This document shows positions 17,749 through 26,429 of a DNA stretch of 64,000 nucleotides, in pieces (position 1 is the first letter of the stretch; the number at the start of each line of letters is the position of its first letter). The notes beneath the pieces are model-generated. The model saw only the letters and a program-made list of their open reading frames with translations. It was not told where the DNA came from and did no database searches. Where the stretch lies: the IMG/VR virus record IMGVR_UViG_3300030333_006336, positions 3,670 to 67,669 of that record; one strand, 5' to 3'. The position numbers and the translations under genes are program-made. The DNA comes from a virus.

Positions 17749-19119
17749 TTATTTCCTTCTTAGCTTAGAGTATTTTTCTTTTAGTAATTGTTGTTGTGCT
17801 CTCGGATCTAATACCACCGGCGCTGTTACCACTTGGCTCGATGTGGCCGGAGTTTGTGGAAGGATTTTAATCTTCACATTAGATGTGTCCATAAAGATTG
17901 GATATACCATTCCGTCAGGACCGTTTCTATTTTTGGCAATGAAAATCTTTCCTTGGTTGTTTTGTTTATCTTCAATAGTTCGTGATACTGAGAAGATGAA
18001 ATCGGCTACGAAACATTTATTAAACGCCTCTGAAATTTGTTCCATCGTGATCACCTCTGCGCTCAATCCCGAGCGATTAGTTTGAGAGGCGGTCCAGATA
18101 GGACATTGAAACTCTGTCGATAATGCTCTTAACTCTTCATATATAGACTCAAGTTCATTTCGTTTCTCTTTTCTGACTACAGTTGGGCGCAAAAGATCTG
18201 CGTAGTCTACGATTATCATGCCCGGCTTTATGCCACGCTTAACAAGTCGTGAAAGATGTGCACGTATGGTGTTAGTAGAAGCAGATTTAGTAGGATATTC
18301 CTTAATAATTAAGGAACCATCAAGATTTTTAAGTTCATCATAAATCTCATCTTTAAAATTTTTAATGTCGCTAAGTGGATAACCTGTGATGCAGCTATCA
18401 TATCTATTTGCTATTACGGTATCTTGTAGTTCCAGTGTGTAATGAACAACAGCTTTGCCTTCTTTGATTCCGGTGGCACCTAAGTGCACCAGCAGCATAC
18501 TCTTGCCGGCCCCTGTGGGCGCTATCACAACCCCAAGCTCGCTCTTGCCAAGACCTCCTCCAGTTATATTGTCGATATCTTTCCATCCTGTGCTCAGTGG
18601 ATTGCGATGCTTTGGTTGAAACCGAACATCAAAATCCGCCATATAATCGTAACCAAAATTATTTTCTGAACCTAACTTTAACGCATCGTTGATAACTTTT
18701 GAGATTTCATCGAAAGAACATGTTTGAAGCAGCGGCACCGAACGCATCATTGCTTCTTTTAAGTTTTGTTTTCTACAAAAATCTAAAGCAGTTTCCTTAA
18801 TATACTCAACGTCTCCCATCTCCCTTGTGTGGATACGAGCAAAGTAATCTCGCACTTGTTTCTGAACTAATTCTTCTTCAGCATCTAACTCTGTTCGTAA
18901 CATTGTAATCATCGCATCTATAGATGGATGGGTAGAATATTTTTCTCGATAAGTTACAATTTTTGTAATAAAAATCTGGAGATATTGCAATTCTAAGAAG
19001 TTGATATCCAACACTTCTGTGATCTGGTCGGCGAACGCTCTGTCTTCAAAAATAAGTTGTACTAGTCCTTCTTGGAAGGCTTTGCCGTACCTTCCAAAAT
19101 TTACTTTTTCAGCGAGCAT
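17749..19119 (-). CDS. dnaB: Replicative helicase (DnaB / T4 gp41-like)
   Basis: Walker A APTGAGKS, HYTLE, IIKEYPT, IVDYADL, TASQTNR, IAKNRNGP. Confidence 0.93.
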   Translation of the reverse strand: MLAEKVNFGRYGKAFQEGLVQLIFEDRAFADQITEVLDINFLELQYLQIFITKIVTYREKYSTHPSIDAMITMLRTELDAEEELVQKQVRDYFARIHTREMGDVEYIKETALDFCRKQNLKEAMMRSVPLLQTCSFDEISKVINDALKLGSENNFGYDYMADFDVRFQPKHRNPLSTGWKDIDNITGGGLGKSELGVVIAPTGAGKSMLLVHLGATGIKEGKAVVHYTLELQDTVIANRYDSCITGYPLSDIKNFKDEIYDELKNLDGSLIIKEYPTKSASTNTIRAHLSRLVKRGIKPGMIIVDYADLLRPTVVRKEKRNELESIYEELRALSTEFQCPIWTASQTNRSGLSAEVITMEQISEAFNKCFVADFIFSVSRTIEDKQNNQGKIFIAKNRNGPDGMVYPIFMDTSNVKIKILPQTPATSSQVVTAPVVLDPRAQQQLLKEKYSKLRRK

Positions 19120-19146
19120 TAACTACCTCTCTTCTGCGGTATATTA

Positions 19147-19174
19147 ACTATAACACACTCAGGCTGAAAGTCAA
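19147..19174 (-). promoter_or_regulatory. sigma70-type promoter for the helicase operon
   Basis: TTGACT, 16 nt, TATAGT with extended -10 TG. Confidence 0.6.
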
Positions 19175-19191
19175 CGTTACAACAAAAAATA

Positions 19192-20163
19192 TTAATTTTC
19201 ATTGTCAAGACACTCCCTACTAATTCGGTTGAGAATCGTGCGTAGATCCTCCCAGTTTAACTCGCCAAACCCATCATTGCGCATCATTCCCAGTACTTCT
19301 GTTTTATTAAAATCACACTCAAAATTTTCTATGGATTCTTTAACATGAATTTTAGATTGAACCGACATCTGAGGGGCATAAAGCTGCATCATTTTATAAT
19401 TGTGTTGAATTAGGCTTTTATTTTGGGCCACGTTTGAATAAAACTTTAACTTACTGCCTGATTCTACACAATAATTGATCACCTCGTCAATAGTATAAGT
19501 CTTCTCTTCTTTAAGAAATGGTAGACGAGTTTGCACAGTTTTAAATCCTGCACCCTTTACTCCTGGGAGGTTATCAGATGCATCGCCAATGATTGCACGT
19601 GCGAGCGCCATGTTAGTAGGATGCACCCCAGTGTTCTCAATGATTCTTGCAGTGTTAAGCAGCTCTTTCGCTGTGGGCCTTAGAAGGATTGTCTCGTCAT
19701 TACAAACCTGCATAAAGTCTTTGTCATTTGAAACGATAATCTTCTGCCAGCCCTGGTAATATTCCATGCTTGTAATGTAAGCAATAACATCATCAGCCTC
19801 GATCTCTGGCATCATAAACTGCATAATTGGCATATGATTTAGATATTCAATTACCCTGCTCTGTTGCCACATTTTATTTTGTAGCTCTTCGTCTTCTGTA
19901 AGGTTGTGGAAAGTTCGATTTAATCTAATAGGCTTACGTCCTTCCTTGTAGTTTTTATCCATGCTCTTTCGTTTCTTAGAGCCGTTAGGTCCATCCCACA
20001 CGACTACGATCTGATCCGGGTTAGTATCTCGCACAAGTTTCTGTAGGATCTTAATGAACCCTTTAAGTCCGCCAATAGGTTGTCCATTAGTGGAGAGGCT
20101 TGGGTCTACGATGTACGCCCTAAGATAAGCGTTAAGAGCGTCAATGATTAATAGTCTTTTCAT
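19192..20163 (-). CDS. 5'-3' exonuclease / flap endonuclease (Pol I N-terminal domain, T4 RNase H-like)
   Basis: IIDALN, VVWDG, YKEGR, EADDVI, SNDKDF, GDASDNLPGVKGAG. Confidence 0.95.
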   Translation of the reverse strand: MKRLLIIDALNAYLRAYIVDPSLSTNGQPIGGLKGFIKILQKLVRDTNPDQIVVVWDGPNGSKKRKSMDKNYKEGRKPIRLNRTFHNLTEDEELQNKMWQQSRVIEYLNHMPIMQFMMPEIEADDVIAYITSMEYYQGWQKIIVSNDKDFMQVCNDETILLRPTAKELLNTARIIENTGVHPTNMALARAIIGDASDNLPGVKGAGFKTVQTRLPFLKEEKTYTIDEVINYCVESGSKLKFYSNVAQNKSLIQHNYKMMQLYAPQMSVQSKIHVKESIENFECDFNKTEVLGMMRNDGFGELNWEDLRTILNRISRECLDNEN

Positions 20164-21095
20164 ACTGCCATCCTTTGTTCATTCATTATAACACGATATT
20201 CCAACAATGCAAGTTCTTTATGCTTGGCCTCGATCATGACGTCGAGATCATGACCGTAGTCATTGAAGGAATTGCGAATCATATCAGAGTGTGCTTGTGG
20301 TTTAATCTTTGGATTGTTGTACTCTACAGACCGAGACTCGGCATAGTGAACCACAGGTTTGATATCACCCCACGTGGACAACGCTGTTTCAAGTGCCTCT
20401 TGTTCTGTCTGGCCTCCGGGATGCAACATGTGGTGGTGGTAGTCAAATACGATTGGAATTCCAATGCGCTTATACACACCGTCATACAATTCTTTTGTAG
20501 AATATAGGGATGTCTTGTCGTCGTTTTCAACAGTCAATCGTGTGCGAACATTCTCTGGTAGTCGTTCGAAGTTGCGACAGAAGTTGTCAAGTGCGAATGG
20601 CTTGTCTCCGTATGCTGCACCAACATGAATGTTAAGCTTGGCATAAGGTGTACGGGGTAAGCCAATCATGTCGAACAAGTCGCCATGTACTTTGAGATCT
20701 TTGTATGTAAGCTGGAACACTCGCTCTTTAGGTGATGCAAGTTTGTTGAATGGTCCTGGGTGAGATGTAAGCCGCATGCCATGTTGCTTGGCAAAATTAC
20801 CAGCTTTCTTACACGCTGCCAAGATCAATCCGTAATCTGGTAGTTCTTCCATTTCATATTCACTTGCCCACGGAATGATGTCAGAAGACAGGCGATAGAA
20901 ATAGATGTCATTCTCCAGATTCCATTGTAGAATCTTGTTTAGATCTCGCACATTTTGTAGAGCAAGCTCGGATGCATATCCGATACCCCTCTCCTTGAAC
21001 GTACGCTTGATCATAGTCCTGTTAGTTGTGATACGTTTCGACTTGGGGCGTTCTGAGAACCCCTTGTTGATACACGCATAGCCATAGTTACGCAT
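20160..21095 (-). CDS. uvsE: UV-damage endonuclease UvdE
   Basis: GYACIN, YRLSSDIIP, HPGPF, ENDD, FDYHHH, HSD, MIEAKHKE. Confidence 0.95.
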   Translation of the reverse strand: MRNYGYACINKGFSERPKSKRITTNRTMIKRTFKERGIGYASELALQNVRDLNKILQWNLENDIYFYRLSSDIIPWASEYEMEELPDYGLILAACKKAGNFAKQHGMRLTSHPGPFNKLASPKERVFQLTYKDLKVHGDLFDMIGLPRTPYAKLNIHVGAAYGDKPFALDNFCRNFERLPENVRTRLTVENDDKTSLYSTKELYDGVYKRIGIPIVFDYHHHMLHPGGQTEQEALETALSTWGDIKPVVHYAESRSVEYNNPKIKPQAHSDMIRNSFNDYGHDLDVMIEAKHKELALLEYRVIMNEQRMAV

Positions 21096-21097
21096 AG

Positions 21098-21140
21098 AAA
21101 AAACCCTCCTGTTTGATTATATTATAACCAATCAGGAGGG
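21098..21140 (-). terminator. Long hairpin with U tract that occludes the uvsE ribosome-binding site
   Basis: Minus strand CCCTCCTGATTGGTTAT-AAT-ATAATCAAACAGGAGGG-TTTTTT-CT-ATG. Confidence 0.75.
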
Positions 21141-21149
21141 CAAAGTCAA
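21121..21149 (-). promoter_or_regulatory. sigma70-type promoter for uvsE, embedded in the hairpin
   Basis: TTGACT (21149-21144), 17 nt, TATAAT (21126-21121). Confidence 0.8.
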
Positions 21150-21161
21150 CAAGTTTTTTAA

Positions 21162-21431
21162 TTAAAATCGAACAACTACTTGCCACGATCCAGGCACCCA
21201 TGCGCCTCGACGTGTATAGTGCCCTGGCACCCATCTCCAAATGAAGTTTGGGTTGCTGTGGGCGTATACCCAATGATTACGATGCCAACGAACTTGATGT
21301 CCATGCACACGCGGAGGCGGTGCAGGGCGATGACGCTGAGCATGGCGATGTTTGGGGCGATGCATATGTCGAGGATGAGCCTCGGCAGTGTCGACTGTCC
21401 CCATTAAAAGTAGTGCGAATAGACTAGTCAT
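21162..21431 (-). CDS. Small secreted His/Arg-rich protein with YXWGXW-like repeats
   Basis: Signal-peptide-like N-terminus ending AEA; WVPGHY and WVPGSW repeats; SD AGGAG. Confidence 0.7.
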   Translation of the reverse strand: MTSLFALLLMGTVDTAEAHPRHMHRPKHRHAQRHRPAPPPRVHGHQVRWHRNHWVYAHSNPNFIWRWVPGHYTRRGAWVPGSWQVVVRF

Positions 21432-21440
21432 GTTTTTCTC

Positions 21441-22598
21441 CTATGCTGGGTGATGGGCCACTTCTAGTGGCAAGTCGTCTGGGTCTGAATAGAATGTGTC
21501 AGCTGAACCTTCACGTTTATCAAACTTCTGAACGACTTCTTCATCCATTAGACGGATGACATTAGCTTTAAATTCATTATCAGTTGTAATTAATTGGGTC
21601 CACTTTGATGGTTGGAACTTTTTAGTGTATCCGTCAGGCATGCTTAGTGTGTACCATGCACCTGCTGAAGTCAGATGTTCCGAACTCTTGATGGCATCAA
21701 ACCAGCTTTCTTCATCCCGAATCCCGATCTCCTCAGTGCCCCATAAGATACGGAATGCACATGATCTACCTTGTGTTCCAAAGCGAGATTTTTCTAGTTT
21801 AACTTTAACCTCAGAACCAATTCGGAAACCTTTATCATCAGTGACAAAGGACGACTTTGCTTTTCTTCCTGTCAACCATATCCTCAATGAATAAGAATAG
21901 TGCATTGCCTTTCCACCCGGTGTAATATAGGGAGTGGTCATTGCAGTGATTCTTGCGTTTGGTCCTTGAGGGATATTTGTCTTTAACTGGTTAAGTACAA
22001 TTAACGTAGCCTGCTTGTCAGCCAGAGGGATTGTTAACTTTGACATACCCTTGGCCAAGATTCGTGCCTTCACAGCCATCGAAGATTGAGGATTGAAGTC
22101 TCCCTCAACGTCTGAAATCGATGGGGTAAACGCCAAAGAATCCCAGATAAATACTAACTGTTCGTCTGTTGCGCCAAGCAGTTCTTCGATTGTTTCAAGA
22201 ACAAATTCTACCGAACTAGCTTGAACATACATAAGCTGCTCTAGATTGCACCCTGCTCGCTCCAAAAATGAAGGGTCGATAGCAGACTCAGAATCAAAAT
22301 AAACGATAAGCTTGCCCATTTTCTGGGCGTTAGCGGCTATCTGGGCCGCCATGTATGACTTACCTGTTGATTCAAGACCGGCAATCTCTGTCACTTTTCC
22401 TACAGGAACCCCAGCAACACGACCTTTGCAGATGATCGAGTCAAGCCATCGAGAGCCTGTGGGGATCCATTCTTTAACGGAGGTAGGATTATCTCCGGTT
22501 AGATCGTGGGCGACATTGCGTCCCGCTTTCTTATTCACTAAGGTCATCAAATCCTGCATGGATACGCGACCGGCTTTAGTCTTGGCCTTTCTCGGCAT
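21441..22598 (-). CDS. recA: RecA / UvsX recombinase
   Basis: IPTGS..LD, EIAGLESTGKS, FDSESA, WDSL, NQL, TPGGKAM; likely start MPRKAK at 22598 with AAGGAG SD. Confidence 0.95.
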   Translation of the reverse strand: MPRKAKTKAGRVSMQDLMTLVNKKAGRNVAHDLTGDNPTSVKEWIPTGSRWLDSIICKGRVAGVPVGKVTEIAGLESTGKSYMAAQIAANAQKMGKLIVYFDSESAIDPSFLERAGCNLEQLMYVQASSVEFVLETIEELLGATDEQLVFIWDSLAFTPSISDVEGDFNPQSSMAVKARILAKGMSKLTIPLADKQATLIVLNQLKTNIPQGPNARITAMTTPYITPGGKAMHYSYSLRIWLTGRKAKSSFVTDDKGFRIGSEVKVKLEKSRFGTQGRSCAFRILWGTEEIGIRDEESWFDAIKSSEHLTSAGAWYTLSMPDGYTKKFQPSKWTQLITTDNEFKANVIRLMDEEVVQKFDKREGSADTFYSDPDDLPLEVAHHPA

Positions 22599-23469
22599 AT
22601 TGCTCTCCTTGGTTATTTTCAATTGTAACATAAACTTTGCGCTGTGGCAAGTTCGTAATGACTATTTCTGTAGATTCTTTTGTCTTGTTCATCCCATAGG
22701 TCCACTCGACTTTGTGAATCTGATAGTCTTGGTATAATGTTCTTATCTCTTCGCAATCTCTATACGAAAGAATCCAGTTGTCTCGCTTTCTCAACAACGA
22801 GAACAGTGCAAGATGCTCAAACCCCTTATGCATATCACCGGACATACCATAATAGTTGTCGCTGCCAGGTGGCATAAAATAAGGAGGATCCAAATATAGA
22901 TAACAGTCGTGATTTTTTATTGCTTTCTTAAAATCTGCGCAGCGTACGGTAAAGTTATCGACTTTAAAGTTAGCCATCTCATCAATCCTAGACTCTGTGA
23001 AGCGTTTACATGAAGCTTCTGCTGAATAACCTCCCGTCAATGTTGCGCCAGAAAAACTACTGCGATTAAGTGCGTATACTTTTGCTGCTAGTTCGATTGT
23101 GGGCGCATGTCCTCGCTCTAAGGCAAAAGCAATCTCTTCTTTGAAGCGAAGAAAGTCTTTTTTCCTTAGCCCTCTCTCGCGAAATGGGTCCTTAGTCTTA
23201 TCATAATCATACAATTGAAGACGTCGAAAGCTTCTGGCAGTCGCGGCCAGTTGCTCAGGCTTTTTTAATAGAGTTTGCCAAAACCAGACAATCGGCTTGA
23301 ACGCATCATAGCCGTGTACTGTGATTCCTTTTTCAACTAATGCCAACTCAAATGAACCACCCCCAAGAAAGGGGGAGCAAAGCTCCCCACAATCATCGGG
23401 AATGAATTTCATTAATGTATCAACGGCGCGGGTTTTGCCGCCGGGATATCTTAATGGACTTTTCATCAA
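22576..23469 (-). CDS. Dam-like (D12 class) DNA adenine methyltransferase
   Basis: SPLRYPGGK, PFLGGGS, LNRSSFSG, YLDPPY. Confidence 0.93.
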   Translation of the reverse strand: MMKSPLRYPGGKTRAVDTLMKFIPDDCGELCSPFLGGGSFELALVEKGITVHGYDAFKPIVWFWQTLLKKPEQLAATARSFRRLQLYDYDKTKDPFRERGLRKKDFLRFKEEIAFALERGHAPTIELAAKVYALNRSSFSGATLTGGYSAEASCKRFTESRIDEMANFKVDNFTVRCADFKKAIKNHDCYLYLDPPYFMPPGSDNYYGMSGDMHKGFEHLALFSLLRKRDNWILSYRDCEEIRTLYQDYQIHKVEWTYGMNKTKESTEIVITNLPQRKVYVTIENNQGEQYAEKGQD

Positions 23470-24575
23470 TAACCATCCACATCCACAAGCTTGCCGCTTT
23501 CAAAGTCGTGATCGCTAACGATCTGTGGGCATGCCCCAATAATATTGAAGGGCTTGTCACTGTCAAGCTTGGCACCCATGGCACTCAGAAGGGCGTCGAG
23601 GTCAATCCCAGAGTTACTCAGATGACTCTTTACCAAACTAAACGACATATCGTACAACTCGTCAAGCTTTTCAATGGACTTTTGCAAACCATCGCGAGCC
23701 TCAGAGGGTCGATAGTGACTAGTGTAGAAGATCACATCTACTGGGTCTGAGCCATCGATAATGGCTGGGAGGATACTTTCGCACCAAAGACGCTGAATAT
23801 ACGTCTGATACGAGGACGAAGATGCGTTTACCAACACATAATCGCGAGCGTCCTTGTCAAGCCCAAGGTTGCGCTTGATCCACGCGTGCCATGCATTAGT
23901 CTTCTTGCGAAGAATTAACGACTCATCACGTGTACTTTCTTCAACAATGGCTTGCTGCATCTTTGTGATCAGTTCAACCTTGAAGAATCTCCACAGTTCA
24001 AGACGCTTCTTCAACCAGTTATTAACATCGTTAACTGTTGGCTTTAGTTCGCCTTCGTTAACCAAGTGAACTCCTCCGTTAACAATGTCGCGGAACGAAG
24101 CGCTACGTCGAGGACGTCCTCCTAAGTTTGCTTTGAGTCCGTTGGTAACAGTGTTTGAAACTGAAACGTCATCTCGATCATATATTGCAACCGGCATCCA
24201 TCGCTCGTTACGATTTAGTGCGCCAGTTGTACGACCGCGACCGTCGATAAACTCACCAAGATTATCCATTGATGGTGGCCAGTCAACAGTTTCAAAGCCA
24301 TTGTTCTCAAATGAGACTTCAAGCTCGTCGATTCGATTGCCATCATCGCCTTCAAAATCCTCACGAATTCCTAGGTTAGCAAAGCTCTCAGTATCAACGT
24401 TGACCGTGGTCAAATCAAGGAACGTGAAGTGAGAGAAAGTGCAGCCCTCAAAAGTGGGCGGCGTCATTCCCGCATAATCGTTCAAGTCGATTGTTCCCTG
24501 ACCATTGAACCCTGGTCGGATGGGTGTTCCAACAATGTAAGCCTGTTGGGGGACTGCTTTGAGTTGGGTAGACAT
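23466..24575 (-). CDS. Hypothetical protein with a ParB/Srx-like N-terminal domain
   Basis: RIDELEVSFENNGF...PP...FIDGRGR resembles the ParB L..SI...G...P...IDG.HR core; SD AAGGAG. Confidence 0.6.
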   Translation of the reverse strand: MSTQLKAVPQQAYIVGTPIRPGFNGQGTIDLNDYAGMTPPTFEGCTFSHFTFLDLTTVNVDTESFANLGIREDFEGDDGNRIDELEVSFENNGFETVDWPPSMDNLGEFIDGRGRTTGALNRNERWMPVAIYDRDDVSVSNTVTNGLKANLGGRPRRSASFRDIVNGGVHLVNEGELKPTVNDVNNWLKKRLELWRFFKVELITKMQQAIVEESTRDESLILRKKTNAWHAWIKRNLGLDKDARDYVLVNASSSSYQTYIQRLWCESILPAIIDGSDPVDVIFYTSHYRPSEARDGLQKSIEKLDELYDMSFSLVKSHLSNSGIDLDALLSAMGAKLDSDKPFNIIGACPQIVSDHDFESGKLVDVDGY

Positions 24576-24671
24576 TTTTTCTCCTTTCGCGAAACGCGTG
24601 TTTATGTCTAAAATCTCAGGTGCCGCAGCGATAGAGATTTTTTACTCATCTTCTGTTAAGAAGATATTCTT

Positions 24672-24700
24672 ATTATATCAAATGCTTTTTGTATTGTCAA
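24672..24700 (-). promoter_or_regulatory. sigma70-type promoter for the ParB-like / MTase / recA unit
   Basis: TTGACA (24700-24695), 17 nt, TATAAT (24677-24672). Confidence 0.85.
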
Positions 24701-24710
24701 GCAACTATTT

Positions 24711-24741
24711 AAAAATGTGGCAGACTTTTCCCGGTCTGCCA
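24711..24741 (-). terminator. Intrinsic terminator after ssb
   Basis: TGGCAGAC-loop-GTCTGCCA followed by CATTTTT. Confidence 0.7.
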
Positions 24742-24759
24742 GCGGGGCAAGCCAAAGAC

Positions 24760-25527
24760 TCAACCGCTCATCAGTTCATCGAAGGCGCGGTCTACATCAT
24801 TAGTCTTTCCACCGGTATAGCGAGTGGTTTCAGATGATCGGCTCTCGGCACTACCATCGCCGGCCAGTTGCTCATCGAGAATAGCGTCGACTTGTGCAGA
24901 TGTAAGACGTTCAAATAGTCCGTCAAAATCTGGCATGCCATCAAGGAGGGCGGGGATGGCTTCACTGTCTTCCAAAAGAGAAGAAGTGTTTCGACGCATT
25001 TTCAGGCTTGTCTGGGGGTATGCTCCCGGCTTGGTGGGCTTGGTGTAAGTGAGAGTAATATCAGTACCCTCCTTTACATCCGTAATGTCACCGTACTCGG
25101 GATCAAGGATGTAGCCAAGAAGGAGTTCGTACGCGGTCTTTCCATATCCGTACACCTTAATTCCTTCATCTTCTCGGCCACGTACAACTACGGGGCTGAA
25201 ATAGCGGGTGCGCACAAAGAGTGACTTTGCTAGCTTCTTGCTCTCCTCGTCGTTGTTCTCGCTTCCTTCTCGCCATAGCGAGGAAGCGAATTCGCAAATA
25301 GGACAATGCTCTCCAAAGTTTCGCTTAGGGCATAGAATGCCGCCTTTGTGATCGCCCACATTATAGTGGAAGAACATTTCCTTTAGTGGATCTCCATCGT
25401 TCGTTGGAATGATCCGAATGTCGGTGTCTCCCTCATCTGGCTTGAACCAGACCGAAGTTGAGTCACCTTTGTTTTCGCCGCGCAAACTTGCGAGCTTGCG
25501 GCGCATAAGCTCCATATCGATTGACAT
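24760..25527 (-). CDS. Single-stranded DNA-binding protein (T4 gp32-like)
   Basis: WFKP..G...IRIIP, FFHY...ILCPKRNFGEHCPICE Zn motif, YGDITD..G.D, acidic tail DRAFDELMSG. Confidence 0.88.
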   Translation of the reverse strand: MSIDMELMRRKLASLRGENKGDSTSVWFKPDEGDTDIRIIPTNDGDPLKEMFFHYNVGDHKGGILCPKRNFGEHCPICEFASSLWREGSENNDEESKKLAKSLFVRTRYFSPVVVRGREDEGIKVYGYGKTAYELLLGYILDPEYGDITDVKEGTDITLTYTKPTKPGAYPQTSLKMRRNTSSLLEDSEAIPALLDGMPDFDGLFERLTSAQVDAILDEQLAGDGSAESRSSETTRYTGGKTNDVDRAFDELMSG

Positions 25528-25553
25528 TATTCAATTTCTCCTTTTGTGAATAA

Positions 25554-25582
25554 AGTATATCACTCTGTCTCTAAAGAGTCAA
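25554..25582 (-). promoter_or_regulatory. sigma70-type promoter for ssb, inside the tubulin 3' end
   Basis: TTGACT, 17 nt, TATACT with extended -10 TG. Confidence 0.7.
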
Positions 25583-26429
25583 GAGTTTTTTGTGATTGTA
25601 TTACGTTAGTATGGGCAACGCAAAACCCAAAATCTTCAAATTCAGTTTCGTAGATTGCATACGAAATATTACGATAGCTATTCCTAGGCTTGTTCTTTAA
25701 CATTTCTACAATCCGCCGATGCATAGAGCCGTCAGACTCTAATGTTTCTTGATTTATACATAAATAATAACACAGTTCGCGGGGTGTGTCAAGGTCGAAA
25801 AACCATTTTTCTTCAAGATTTTTCATATTTAATCTCGCGACTGATCTAATCCTATTAATTTCAGATGGTTGTGTAACTTGGCCGATTTCTGGTTCGCCAA
25901 ATTCAAAAAAGTTTAAGTAATGAACCATCGAAAAAATAGTTTTGTTAAGTACCTCATAGTAAGTTTTGATTGGCACATCGCCAACAATTTTTTCTAGTTC
26001 CTGATTAGATAACAATGTGATGCTTTTCAGCAAACCAGAGCGCGCGTATTCCTGCATAACGCTGAACACCACTTTCTCCATTAGCTGAGGAACACCAGTT
26101 AGTAAGTCTATGTCCGGCTTGACATAAAACAAATCTATTTCCTTATCTTTCAATTGTTGCAAAATACCTAGACAATAGTTTGAGCTATACGAAGACCCGA
26201 CAACGAATACTTGAACTCTGTCATTAACATCTTTAAAAAATTTAGTAAGATCAGGGATGTTCTGTTCATACTCTTCTGGTGTTGAGAAACTTTTTAATTT
26301 ATACTCTCGCTTAGAAAGCACAGTTTTCTCTATCTCGCTTCCGAGTTTGTACACCTGATAATTTTTAGTTGCTGCGAATTCACCCGCGATGGATGCCGCA
26401 GCGTTTCCAATACCAATAACAGAAATCAT
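25560..26429 (-). CDS. Degenerate tubulin/FtsZ (PhuZ-like) protein
   Basis: MISVIGIGNAAASIA (T1 loop), LFYVKP, ITLLSNQ, YEVLNKTI follow the tubulin fold order; GGGTG(S/T)G signature replaced by VGSSYSS. Confidence 0.7.
   Translation of the reverse strand: MISVIGIGNAAASIAGEFAATKNYQVYKLGSEIEKTVLSKREYKLKSFSTPEEYEQNIPDLTKFFKDVNDRVQVFVVGSSYSSNYCLGILQQLKDKEIDLFYVKPDIDLLTGVPQLMEKVVFSVMQEYARSGLLKSITLLSNQELEKIVGDVPIKTYYEVLNKTIFSMVHYLNFFEFGEPEIGQVTQPSEINRIRSVARLNMKNLEEKWFFDLDTPRELCYYLCINQETLESDGSMHRRIVEMLKNKPRNSYRNISYAIYETEFEDFGFCVAHTNVIQSQKTLDSLETE

Noticed and set aside
25560-26429. Nucleus-forming (chimallin) jumbo phage interpretation
   Set aside because: No chimallin-like or multisubunit RNAP gene recognised in the window; virion genes are T4-like and the tubulin is degenerate
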